Below, in pieces: positions 9,422 to 17,121 of a stretch of DNA of 33,432 nt (its first letter is position 1; each line of letters starts with the position of its first letter). The notes under the pieces are model-generated. The model saw only the letters and a list, made by a program, of their open reading frames with translations, made no database searches and was not told the origin of the DNA. Both the position numbers and the translations under genes were made by a program. This DNA is from a virus (Duplodnaviria; Caudoviricetes), in IMG/VR virus record IMGVR_UViG_3300011335_000323, positions 1 to 33,432 of that record, one strand, 5' to 3'.

Positions 9422-9639
9422 GTTGTTCCCCATAAAACATAAGCCAGCAGCGTGATACACGCTACAGCAATTACGACAGCAACCAAATCTTTAAATGTAT
9501 CCAAAGTTTCTTCATAGGGGTTAAGATCAGGATAAACATTCCCATAATCTGTATACATCTTGTTTACTTCCTTGATGCGCTGCTTGCGTATTGGGCAATC
9601 GCGGCCTTGTTCACATTTATAAGTGCAACAGCAAGTCAT
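9418..9639 (-). CDS. Small protein with Cys-rich N-terminus and C-terminal transmembrane helix
   Basis: CCC..C.QGRDCP.R motif and hydrophobic segment LVAVVIAVACITLLAYVLW. Confidence 0.7.
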   Translation of the reverse strand: MTCCCTYKCEQGRDCPIRKQRIKEVNKMYTDYGNVYPDLNPYEETLDTFKDLVAVVIAVACITLLAYVLWGTT

Positions 9640-9845
9640 TTGTTTCTCTCCTTTAGCATGGCATCTGCCATTTGGTAAGCGTTTCGAGCCACATCAACAT
9701 AGTCTGTATTGGGTTTTGAAGTCATAATTGATTGCATAGCTAGTACCGAAAATTCGTCACGAATGGTCAAGTCCCTTGCAAATCCACCGGTCTTGATCAA
9801 CCATTCTGTATATCCTTTTGCTACCTGAACAGTATCTTCTCTCAT
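9636..9845 (-). CDS. Hypothetical protein (RDEF...AMQ...AYQMADAML family)
   Basis: Widespread phage motif recognised by eye; AAGGA Shine-Dalgarno. Confidence 0.75.
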   Translation of the reverse strand: MREDTVQVAKGYTEWLIKTGGFARDLTIRDEFSVLAMQSIMTSKPNTDYVDVARNAYQMADAMLKERNK

Positions 9846-9846
9846 A

Positions 9847-10014
9847 TCAGTTTCCTTCATCAGTTAACAAATCAAATTTAATTACTTCAAATACACCAAG
9901 CACTGCTGCAACAGATATCTTGCCACGATATTCGTCAAGCACATCTAAGATATCATCTTGCAATTTGTGTGTGAGAGTGATTGAGTTATTAAAGTTTCCT
10001 TCGATTACTTCCAT
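9847..10014 (-). CDS. Hypothetical protein, 55 aa (not in ORF track)
   Basis: MEVIEGNFNN...FDLLTDEGN* with an AAAGGA Shine-Dalgarno; fills the gap exactly. Confidence 0.7.
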   Translation of the reverse strand: MEVIEGNFNNSITLTHKLQDDILDVLDEYRGKISVAAVLGVFEVIKFDLLTDEGN

Positions 10015-10031
10015 AATATTCCTTTCGATTG

Positions 10032-11132
10032 TTAAACAAATCCCCGCATCCTTGCTGCCACTGTAGCCCCCTTGAGAGTATGCTTCATGTATGGTGCAAC
10101 ACTCTGTGGTGTAGCATGGCCTGTCATAGCCATGATGTTAGGCAGAGGCACTTCAGCCTCAATCATTTCTGTCACTGCTGTCCTTCTCAAGTCCATCAAG
10201 AACACATCCTTAGGTACACCAGCTACATCCATCACTGCCCCACCTATTCGTGCCAGTTGAGCAGGGCTATATGGCATCAGCCCACCCTTACCATCACGGA
10301 GAGGGCTAGGTGCTATGTACTGCTGCCAGCCAAAGTCTTTGTGCTGCTGCTCCAACATGTTACGCAAGTTCTCTGACGTTGGCAAGGATACATCAGCCCC
10401 TCGCTTGCTCTGCTCAAGGGACAGCGTACCTGTGCCACTGTCGTAGTTGCTCCACTTAAGCAAACGTATATCACCTAGCCTTTGCCCCCACTCATAGGCC
10501 ATCTGCACAATTAAACCTATGTTGCGCCACTTGAATTTGCCATACGCCACATCTAAGAACGCAGCCACATGCTCCTTCTCCCACACTATCTTGCGTTGCT
10601 TGTCAGCCCTTTTGAGTATGTGTGTGAATGGATTATGTGTAGTGAAGCCATTGCGTATGGCGTGGTTGAATAACAATCTATATACAGCTAAGCTGTGGTT
10701 AGCGAGACTAACACTTGTTGCAGCGTGGTTGTCATATACACGCTGACACATCGGTGTAAGGATATCCCGTAGCTTAGCCCTGCTCAAAGGCACACCACCT
10801 ACCCTATCACTTAACCAGCGTGATAGATAGTAGTCGTAATCTTCTTTTGTTTTAGGCTCAAGCTTATCATAAGCTAAACTATTCTTATAGTTTATCATCA
10901 GGTCTGCCACTGTAGATGTGCTAGATAAATTCTTTAGCCTATCGCGCTCTTCACGCCACTCATCTAAGATTTTATTCTGCTCATCAACATACTTGAAAGC
11001 TATCTTCCAGTTGTTACCTAACGATTTACTCTCCACCACCCCAGCCTTGACAGCGGGAGGAGGTGGGTTGTATCTATAGATAATGCCAGTGGGCTTAGTC
11101 TCTCGCATTAAATAGCGAGGGAGTGTACTCAT
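10032..11132 (-). CDS. int: Tyrosine recombinase / phage integrase
   Basis: Catalytic residues recognisable in GQRLGD (R), QSKRG (K), DLRRT, MTGH and VAPY (Y); 366 aa with an N-terminal arm-binding-like segment. Confidence 0.9.
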   Translation of the reverse strand: MSTLPRYLMRETKPTGIIYRYNPPPPAVKAGVVESKSLGNNWKIAFKYVDEQNKILDEWREERDRLKNLSSTSTVADLMINYKNSLAYDKLEPKTKEDYDYYLSRWLSDRVGGVPLSRAKLRDILTPMCQRVYDNHAATSVSLANHSLAVYRLLFNHAIRNGFTTHNPFTHILKRADKQRKIVWEKEHVAAFLDVAYGKFKWRNIGLIVQMAYEWGQRLGDIRLLKWSNYDSGTGTLSLEQSKRGADVSLPTSENLRNMLEQQHKDFGWQQYIAPSPLRDGKGGLMPYSPAQLARIGGAVMDVAGVPKDVFLMDLRRTAVTEMIEAEVPLPNIMAMTGHATPQSVAPYMKHTLKGATVAARMRGFV

Positions 11133-12007
11133 GCTTCTATTTCCTCTGCCATAAGTTCAGGCAATTTCACAGTACCCATATCGTAAAGCTTCTCAGCCAT
11201 AGCCAGCAATTCATCATGCTTAACCAGTGTCTTGAGCCATCGCTTGGGTATGTTGCTGTACCCATACATAGCACCAGCCATCATGCCTGTCACTGCACCT
11301 ACAGTATCTGCATCGTAGCCTTTGTTAACAGCATGCACTACAGCATCCTCAAAGCATGTGTTCATGTAGCAGGATTGTGAAGCCTGAACATGAGCATGCA
11401 TGATGGAGCCGTGTGTTTCTCTGCCACTGCTACGGATATTAAAACTACGGAATTTGTTGTAGTTGGAAAACATCTTGCCAGCCATGCACTCAGCAATAAA
11501 AGCAGCGGTGTATTGCACAACCTCAGGGCTACCATGTGTCATCAACGACACAGCCACACCCTCAGCCACAGCTAGTGCAACAGTGTCGTGGTTGGCTAAC
11601 ATGGTGGGAGCCAGTCGCATGATGGAGCCGTTACCGCTGGCCTTAGTGTCTGCACTACCAGCATAAGGAAACTCTGATGTCATCTTGTCAATAGCACCGG
11701 AGCAGGTACGGCCTATGTCAAAGACATAATTCCGTGTTCCAAAGTGTCCGCTCTTACGCCATGTCTTGAAATTGTTGACAATCTCAGCAGGACTGAAGCC
11801 TCGATTAGTGATGTAGGCTTGAGCAATAGCCACAGCCATAGCACCATCGTCTGTCCACTCGCCCTTGTCTGTGCTGTGTACACCACCACCTGTCATCTCG
11901 CTATGCACTCCCTCAATCTCATGGGGACGGAGGAATTCTAGTGGCGCACCAAGTGCATCACCAACAAACAAACCCATGAACATACCAATTGCTTTATCTT
12001 TAATCAT
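11129..12007 (-). CDS. ADP-ribosylglycohydrolase (DraG/ARH family)
   Basis: GDALGAPLEF, WTDDGAMA, FDIGRT, GNGSIMR, MTH and DADTVGAVTG.MAGA.YG motifs. Start taken at MIKDKAIG. Confidence 0.93.
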   Translation of the reverse strand: MIKDKAIGMFMGLFVGDALGAPLEFLRPHEIEGVHSEMTGGGVHSTDKGEWTDDGAMAVAIAQAYITNRGFSPAEIVNNFKTWRKSGHFGTRNYVFDIGRTCSGAIDKMTSEFPYAGSADTKASGNGSIMRLAPTMLANHDTVALAVAEGVAVSLMTHGSPEVVQYTAAFIAECMAGKMFSNYNKFRSFNIRSSGRETHGSIMHAHVQASQSCYMNTCFEDAVVHAVNKGYDADTVGAVTGMMAGAMYGYSNIPKRWLKTLVKHDELLAMAEKLYDMGTVKLPELMAEEIEA

Positions 12008-12254
12008 AATTATTTTTCCAAAATTCTTTTGCTTGTGCTTGTAGTCGAGCCTGAAACACAGCGTACTCATCCCTCGCTGCTTGCTCATCCCCATACCACA
12101 ACCACCAGCCACCCTCGCCTCTGACGTTGTGATGCCCATCACATCCACTTAGTATCTGCCAGCCTCTATCAAGGAAGGAATGCAGTTGCTCACCAGTTCC
12201 GACACTTAAAAGTACCCTTTTCTTATACACTTGTGAATCTATAGGTTGCGTCAT
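12000..12254 (-). CDS. Hypothetical protein
   Basis: Overlaps both neighbours; ATGA coupling with the upstream gene. Confidence 0.65.
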   Translation of the reverse strand: MTQPIDSQVYKKRVLLSVGTGEQLHSFLDRGWQILSGCDGHHNVRGEGGWWLWYGDEQAARDEYAVFQARLQAQAKEFWKNNYD

Positions 12255-12475
12255 TTGTTTTGCCCTGCATCGTAGGTCTTGTAGGAATTAAGACGGGAGT
12301 TAAGCCGTGTGATACGGGCCTTGTTGTAATCAACAATAGACTGAGCATATTCAACACCTGTCTCAGCAGTGAGCAATTCCAAGTGTGCATCAGCTAGCTC
12401 TTGTGCTATCAGTTGCAAGGGTGTGGGTTTCTTGAACGGCTGCTCCAGCAATTCCATAAGTTTAATTTTACGCAT
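12251..12475 (-). CDS. Hypothetical protein
   Basis: Start taken at MRKIKL, with an AAAGGA Shine-Dalgarno. Confidence 0.7.
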   Translation of the reverse strand: MRKIKLMELLEQPFKKPTPLQLIAQELADAHLELLTAETGVEYAQSIVDYNKARITRLNSRLNSYKTYDAGQNK

Positions 12476-12501
12476 GTCAATTCCTTTGGTGATGAATGGG
12501 T

Positions 12502-12567
12502 GGGGTACTCGCTGCACTGACTGACCGCCGTTCCGCAATCCCCTGTATCAGCATCCGCTTTCCCCCC
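12502..12567 (-). ncRNA. Candidate structured RNA element with a loop-E (bulged-G) motif
   Basis: Intergenic; the minus strand reads GGGGGGAAAGCGGATGCTGA...TCAGTGCAGCGAGTACCCC, giving nested pairing and a GAA/AGUA internal loop. Confidence 0.5.
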
Positions 12568-12572
12568 GAAAA

Positions 12573-13448
12573 TTAAACTGTTTCCAGTGCCTCTTCGCAG
12601 ACAGCATCTGCAATATCCCACAACTCGCTGTTGATACGGATACCTTCGGAGACACTGTTAACTGGACGGGCTTTCCGCATGATGCCTTCACTGTTCTTTT
12701 CAGTGAGACTCTTCACGAAAGCATTGCCTCGCACCACCGCTTCTTGAATGCGGTTGAACACAGTGAATGCATCCATGTAATCGTCTTCGTTACGCTGTAC
12801 CTTCAGTGCATCACGGACAGTGGCTTCTGTAGCATACACACCATTGGGCTGCTTGACCAGTTCCTCAGTGTTGAACATGTTCCAACGGGTTTGAACACCA
12901 GCCCTTGCCATTGCTTGTGCTTGGGAGTAGAGCAGCTTGGTCTGACGCAGCTTCTCAATACGCTCCATCAATGTGGGCAATGCATCCACTGTGTTACGCA
13001 GCATATCTTCAAAGCCAGTGATGGCACGGACACTGTGGTGGATACGGGATTGGAACCCGTCACCGGCAACGATGCCGTTCGAGCAGATAAACCGGAAACA
13101 TCCAGCAAACAAACGCACACTGCTGCTGCCATCGTGGCTGTTGTACAGAATAATTTCGGGACGGACAGCACCAATCACTTCCTCAGTGTGGTAGGTTTTA
13201 GCGAAGCTCAGCATGTGTGATGAGTGCTGTGTCTCACCCTTGCGGTTCTTCTTCTGTGCAGCTTGCATTGGGAAGTAGCCGTAGTCTGCCATGATGGGCA
13301 GCAATTCGCTGGTATTGAGTGAGGCATAGCGGTTTGTTAAGCGCTCTGCTTTGGTGTTGCTGAACACAGCAGGAGCTAGCTGCTGGATACGCTCAGTGGA
13401 GAGAGCAGTATTGTTTGCATTACGGGAGAAGATGAGATGCTTTTGCAT
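12573..13448 (-). CDS. DUF932/DUF945-family protein
   Basis: LAPAVF, EIILYNSHDGSSS..LFAG.FRFICSNG, FNRIQE and INSELW motifs. Confidence 0.85.
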   Translation of the reverse strand: MQKHLIFSRNANNTALSTERIQQLAPAVFSNTKAERLTNRYASLNTSELLPIMADYGYFPMQAAQKKNRKGETQHSSHMLSFAKTYHTEEVIGAVRPEIILYNSHDGSSSVRLFAGCFRFICSNGIVAGDGFQSRIHHSVRAITGFEDMLRNTVDALPTLMERIEKLRQTKLLYSQAQAMARAGVQTRWNMFNTEELVKQPNGVYATEATVRDALKVQRNEDDYMDAFTVFNRIQEAVVRGNAFVKSLTEKNSEGIMRKARPVNSVSEGIRINSELWDIADAVCEEALETV

Positions 13449-13496
13449 ACAAGAGTTCCTTAAAGGATGGTTGAGAAAACGAAATAAAGAGGCATT

Positions 13497-13524
13497 AATT
13501 TACCACTTTCCACAGGGCTGTCAA
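13497..13524 (-). promoter_or_regulatory. Sigma70-like promoter
   Basis: TTGACA-16 bp-TAAATT with an extended -10 TG, in the intergenic gap upstream of the DUF932 gene. Confidence 0.6.
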
Positions 13525-13542
13525 ATCCCTGTAGAAAATGTC

Positions 13543-13770
13543 CTACTGTTTAGCAGGGTCTTTCTTCACTAATGGATGTACCACAGCGAAGGCAGATATG
13601 TGGGCTGTGTTACCAAACATGTCACGACACAGGCTGTATGCTCCATCTATGTGGTCAAAGAAGAACACATACTCATTGACGGGCAGTTGTATGTAGCTCT
13701 TGCTTGGTATCTTGTACAAGCTTTCCACTGGCATCCTATCAAAGTCTGCTATATCTATTTCGCTAATCAT
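13543..13770 (-). CDS. Hypothetical protein
   Basis: FFFDHIDGAYSLC motif and GGAGG Shine-Dalgarno. Confidence 0.7.
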   Translation of the reverse strand: MISEIDIADFDRMPVESLYKIPSKSYIQLPVNEYVFFFDHIDGAYSLCRDMFGNTAHISAFAVVHPLVKKDPAKQ

Positions 13771-13941
13771 TATTTTTCCTCCACGTTAAGTTGATTGTGA
13801 TGGGCTATATCAAGTTTCAGTTCCTGCTGACCAGCGGCATAGCCCATGTCGTAGTCAGCCTGTGCTATCCCGTGTTCACCGAAGCATACCTTAGGCCCAT
13901 TCCCTGAAGCCACACATAAATCCATAGGTGTAGAAAGACAT
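13770..13941 (-). pseudogene. Small gene with an apparent +1 frameshift near 13900
   Basis: GGAG Shine-Dalgarno plus ATG gives MSFYTYGFMCGFRE and stops after 16 codons. The +1 frame continues GPKVCFGEHGIAQADYDMGYAAGQQELKLDIAHHNQLNVEEK* and ends in a TAATG overlap with the next gene. Confidence 0.6.
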
Positions 13942-13949
13942 ACGCTCTC

Positions 13950-14384
13950 CTATTCTGCAAACGTAAACGAAGCAATGACACGCATCCCTGCCTTGCTAGA
14001 AAACACATCCACTGTGTTGCCATTAACCACAGCAAGAGCATGCCCCCTAACAATGACAACATGCCTACCCTTTGGGTTGTCAGCAAGGAATGTCTTTAGT
14101 GTCATGCCTTTGTCGCGGTATGTCACTGCATGTTCCATAGACATCTTCGCCATCCGCTTGCCATAGTAGGTGACATTGAAAGCACCAGCTTCCTTGTACA
14201 CCTTATCCAGTGCATGCCACGGAGTTCCCTTGTTGTCCCTCCGTCCTGCCCTGCTAAGCAAGTAGAGGGCAAGGGGGTAAGAGTAAGTGCCAACATTAGC
14301 AATTGCCCTCACTGCACAATCACGCTTTTGTTTGAGGCCGAAGTCATCAGCGACATAGCCTACGTCTTTAGGTTTGATATACAT
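13950..14384 (-). CDS. Hypothetical protein, possible papain-like Cys-His-Asp fold
   Basis: DCAVRAIA ... GHALAVVNG..VD pattern. The ORF is well supported; the function is inferred. Confidence 0.6.
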   Translation of the reverse strand: MYIKPKDVGYVADDFGLKQKRDCAVRAIANVGTYSYPLALYLLSRAGRRDNKGTPWHALDKVYKEAGAFNVTYYGKRMAKMSMEHAVTYRDKGMTLKTFLADNPKGRHVVIVRGHALAVVNGNTVDVFSSKAGMRVIASFTFAE

Positions 14385-14405
14385 ACGTTTCCTTTCAGGA
14401 ATGAT

Positions 14406-14675
14406 TTAAATTGTAGCTTGATACCCTTGGTATGATCTGATTTTGCTTTTCCCGCTGGAGTTTTTCTCCACAAACTTGATACGAACATCACGCTCATTCA
14501 ATGCTTGGCACAACACAGGCAGGTCACAGTCTTCTTCCAAGTACACGTTATCCCGTAGCTGGTAGCTGTAAATGCTGATAGCCTGTGCCAAACCTAAGCT
14601 CTCCAGCACCTGTCGTTTCACCTTACCCCATGCATGCCCCGCATCGGAGTACACAATAATCGTGAATGTCTTCAT
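14406..14675 (-). CDS. Conserved hypothetical phage protein
   Basis: SDAGHAW.KV...YSYQ...VYLEEDCD pattern. Confidence 0.75.
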   Translation of the reverse strand: MKTFTIIVYSDAGHAWGKVKRQVLESLGLAQAISIYSYQLRDNVYLEEDCDLPVLCQALNERDVRIKFVEKNSSGKSKIRSYQGYQATI

Positions 14676-14896
14676 GCATTTTCCCCTACTGTATTACGCT
14701 TCTTGATGGCCTTGTTGATGGCGGGATACGGAGTAGGCTCCAGCAGCACATCGTATCCCAATCGGGCTATGTTAGCCAGTGCCGCCACTGTCAGTGTCTT
14801 CGTGCCGCAAAGCTCAGCGAAGAGCTTGGCTTTGTCGCAAATCGGATACGCTGTAGGTACGCCGTAGTTTTCTTTGATATGAATAGAAATTTGCAT
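14672..14896 (-). CDS. Hypothetical protein
   Basis: NYG....YP.C..AKLFA.L.GTKTLT pattern; ATGA overlap with the next gene. Confidence 0.75.
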   Translation of the reverse strand: MQISIHIKENYGVPTAYPICDKAKLFAELCGTKTLTVAALANIARLGYDVLLEPTPYPAINKAIKKRNTVGENA

Positions 14897-14898
14897 AG

Positions 14899-15282
14899 TT
14901 ACCACCATGAATAATAAAATACAGCATAGTCAGCGACTAATGCATCGGTTGCCAATTCGATAAACCTTTCGGTGTTATCAATATCATATTGATCTAACTC
15001 ATCATTGCCAAAAAAGAAACCAGCCTCATGGGTAAGCTTATTACTTCGTAAGTCATTCGCCATGTTCTCTATGTCCTGTGCATCAAGCCGAAGGTAGACA
15101 CAATTGAATTGCCCTGTGCCACCCTTCTTCTCATAGAGCCTACGCATCCAGCCATGAAGATGATTAAACTTACGCCAGTAAGCCACCTTCAAAGGCTTCA
15201 CACCGGCAGTGAATCCCTCCATAATCTGAACATCACCTACGTCTTTAGACGGGGCAACAAATGCATACATATCTAGTCCCAT
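14899..15282 (-). CDS. Conserved hypothetical phage protein
   Basis: MGLDMY...YWRK.NHLHGWM...FFFG...YYSWW pattern. Confidence 0.8.
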   Translation of the reverse strand: MGLDMYAFVAPSKDVGDVQIMEGFTAGVKPLKVAYWRKFNHLHGWMRRLYEKKGGTGQFNCVYLRLDAQDIENMANDLRSNKLTHEAGFFFGNDELDQYDIDNTERFIELATDALVADYAVFYYSWW

Positions 15283-15283
15283 A

Positions 15284-15541
15284 TCAATGTCCTTTCATAT
15301 AGGTTTGTGAATAAACAATTTCGATTGCACCATTGGTTTGTTCAGGGATGATGTAATCACCAGTGTGATTATTAGCCTTGACATATTCCTCAATGTCGCT
15401 CTCCAACATGTCTCGCCGTTCATGGATGGCATGAATGATGTACATAGGATGTGCAGACCCTTCGCCAACATAGAAATTACCTAGTTCAAACTCGCCAAAC
15501 CACACCATCACAGGTGCTGGTTTATCGCTTATGCTTTTCAT
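15284..15541 (-). CDS. Hypothetical protein
   Basis: Start immediately follows a junction repeat. Confidence 0.7.
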   Translation of the reverse strand: MKSISDKPAPVMVWFGEFELGNFYVGEGSAHPMYIIHAIHERRDMLESDIEEYVKANNHTGDYIIPEQTNGAIEIVYSQTYMKGH

Positions 15542-15552
15542 ATTGTTTCCTT

Positions 15553-15795
15553 TCAGGAAGTGTAATCGTTGTAAACTTTTATAGAATCTTCAGTAACATA
15601 CCAGTTAAAGCTGGCCCAGCGCAGTGATGTGATGCCAGTGCTTGCTATGCTTACAAGCTTGACAGGACGTACAGCAACTGTGTCAGCCTCTATGTTATGT
15701 ACTGATATGCCATCACAAGGGAAGCACTGGTCATAACGTAGCATGTCATGGGGAAACTTACCCTTGCCCATCACTGTGAATGTAATTACTTTCAT
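15553..15795 (-). CDS. Hypothetical protein
   Basis: FTV.G.G.FP.DMLRYDQCFP...RWASF.W pattern; bounded by junction repeats on both sides. Confidence 0.75.
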   Translation of the reverse strand: MKVITFTVMGKGKFPHDMLRYDQCFPCDGISVHNIEADTVAVRPVKLVSIASTGITSLRWASFNWYVTEDSIKVYNDYTS

Positions 15796-15843
15796 TTTAT
15801 TTCCTTTCAGAAATCGTTTCATAAATTGCTAAACTGTCAATGA

Positions 15844-15856
15844 AATCAACAACTTA
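15844..15856 (+). promoter_or_regulatory. IHF consensus site
   Basis: AATCAACAACTTA matches WATCAANNNNTTR exactly and is intergenic. Confidence 0.5.
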
Positions 15857-15884
15857 GCTTAAAACAACCGTTTCACCAATCGTT

Positions 15885-16265
15885 TCACAGCGAAGCGCTG
15901 ATGAAACCCTTGCCATCCTGTGCCAACAGTGCAGCCCACTTGGCATTGTGTACCGGCTGCTCTGTGCTTCGCTGCACAAAGCTGGTGTACTTGTAGGGGT
16001 TGTAGGTGATGGCTGTACCCATCATCATGTACCGACTGTGTACATCATGAGCACCACTGTCTGCCATGTGTCCAGCGACACCGGCATGGACATTCTTGCG
16101 CTTCTCTGCCAGCACCCTGCTTCGCCCAGCTTGTGACACTTTGAACGTCACATCAGAGAGCAACACACTATTAGTGTGACCAATTACCAGCCCCTTGAAC
16201 TGGCCCTCAAGAGCCTTAATGCTAAAGCATTTCTTGTGCAGGTTGAAATATACGAAGACTTTCAT
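15885..16265 (-). CDS. Conserved hypothetical phage protein
   Basis: VYFNLHKKCFS...VSQAGR.RVL.EKRKNVHA...TYNPYK pattern. Confidence 0.8.
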   Translation of the reverse strand: MKVFVYFNLHKKCFSIKALEGQFKGLVIGHTNSVLLSDVTFKVSQAGRSRVLAEKRKNVHAGVAGHMADSGAHDVHSRYMMMGTAITYNPYKYTSFVQRSTEQPVHNAKWAALLAQDGKGFISASL

Positions 16266-16276
16266 TTTGTTTCCTT

Positions 16277-16522
16277 TCAGGAAGTGAATTTATCTGTTGG
16301 GCCGAATGACATTTTGCCATCCATCATGTCAAACACTAGGGCTTTCGCCCTGTTCAAATACATCCTAGCACTGTCGCTGTCGCCGTGTGCCATCATCTCT
16401 TGGGCATCTGACATCAGCCCTGCCACCACCATTGCACCACCTGAGCGGTAGGTGATGGATTGCTTGACACTTTCTTTGAAAGTTTCAATGTTGCAGCCAT
16501 ACATTTGCATATCATTTGACAC
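16277..16522 (-). CDS. Hypothetical protein
   Basis: GTG start right after a junction repeat; MYGC...LMSDAQE...AR..LNRAK pattern; stop lies inside the next repeat. Confidence 0.75.
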   Translation of the reverse strand: MSNDMQMYGCNIETFKESVKQSITYRSGGAMVVAGLMSDAQEMMAHGDSDSARMYLNRAKALVFDMMDGKMSFGPTDKFTS

Positions 16523-16533
16523 AGTGTTTCCTT

Positions 16534-16714
16534 TCAGGAATGTTTCAGGGATTTTCGATAGGCCACAAAGGTATTCCCTTTGTAGACAGCAGCACCACAA
16601 TCGTAGCATGCTGCCCAGCTTAGCGCCTCTTTGAAGGTGAAGGTGTGATGCATTGCATTTAAATTGTGGACACCACACAGTGTAACCAAATAGCTCCGCT
16701 AATGTTTGTTTCAT
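16534..16714 (-). pseudogene. Small gene with an apparent +1 frameshift at about 16651-16660
   Basis: MKQTLAELFGYTVWCPQFK, then the +1 frame reads HHTFTFKEALSWAACYDCGAAVYKGNTFVAYRKSLKHS* and stops at the TGA of the junction repeat. Confidence 0.6.
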
Positions 16715-16881
16715 TCTGTTTCCTCTTCGAGTTGCATCATAAAGACAATGGCGTTAGCCAGTGCCTCACCTATGGTTTCGTCACTGCCCTCGCTCTTGGG
16801 CTGCTCTTTATCTGTCCTAGACAGAGTGTCCCGAATGTCATAAAGATCAAACAGGACGACTTGGATTTGCTCTAAGTTCAT
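16711..16881 (-). CDS. Hypothetical protein, 56 aa (not in ORF track)
   Basis: MNLEQIQVVLFDLYDIRD...QLEEETE*; starts after a junction repeat and ends in an ATGA overlap. Confidence 0.7.
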   Translation of the reverse strand: MNLEQIQVVLFDLYDIRDTLSRTDKEQPKSEGSDETIGEALANAIVFMMQLEEETE

Positions 16882-16893
16882 GATTGTTTCCTT

Positions 16894-17121
16894 TCAGGAA
16901 GTGATTTCAGAATTGTAGGCTTCAGCCAGTGCATTTTCGCTATCAATCGTCAACTGATCAAACACCTGTTGCTTCGTGCCTTTGTAGCCCATACCCTTAA
17001 GAATTGCATAGCAAGTCTTACCTTTAGAGGTGAGTCGCATACCTCGCATCTCCAGTTTAAGGCCTTGCCTTAGTGAACGGAGACGGAAAGCTTCGATTTG
17101 ATCGGGGGTTGTTAACATCAT
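16894..17121 (-). CDS. Hypothetical protein
   Basis: LRQGLKLEMRGMR pattern; bounded by junction repeats. Confidence 0.75.
   Translation of the reverse strand: MMLTTPDQIEAFRLRSLRQGLKLEMRGMRLTSKGKTCYAILKGMGYKGTKQQVFDQLTIDSENALAEAYNSEITS

Larger units (their letters stand above)
8863..9431 (-). repeat. Exact 14-bp gene-junction repeat GGGGAACAACATGA, three copies
   Basis: Plus strand TCATGTTGTTCCCC at 8863-8876, 9185-9198 and 9418-9431; each copy contains a start codon. Confidence 0.9.

Noticed and set aside
16277-16714. 145-aa ORF as one ordinary gene
   Set aside because: An internal junction repeat with RBS and GTG start, plus a better +1 frame ending at the repeat's TGA, indicate two genes joined by a frameshift.
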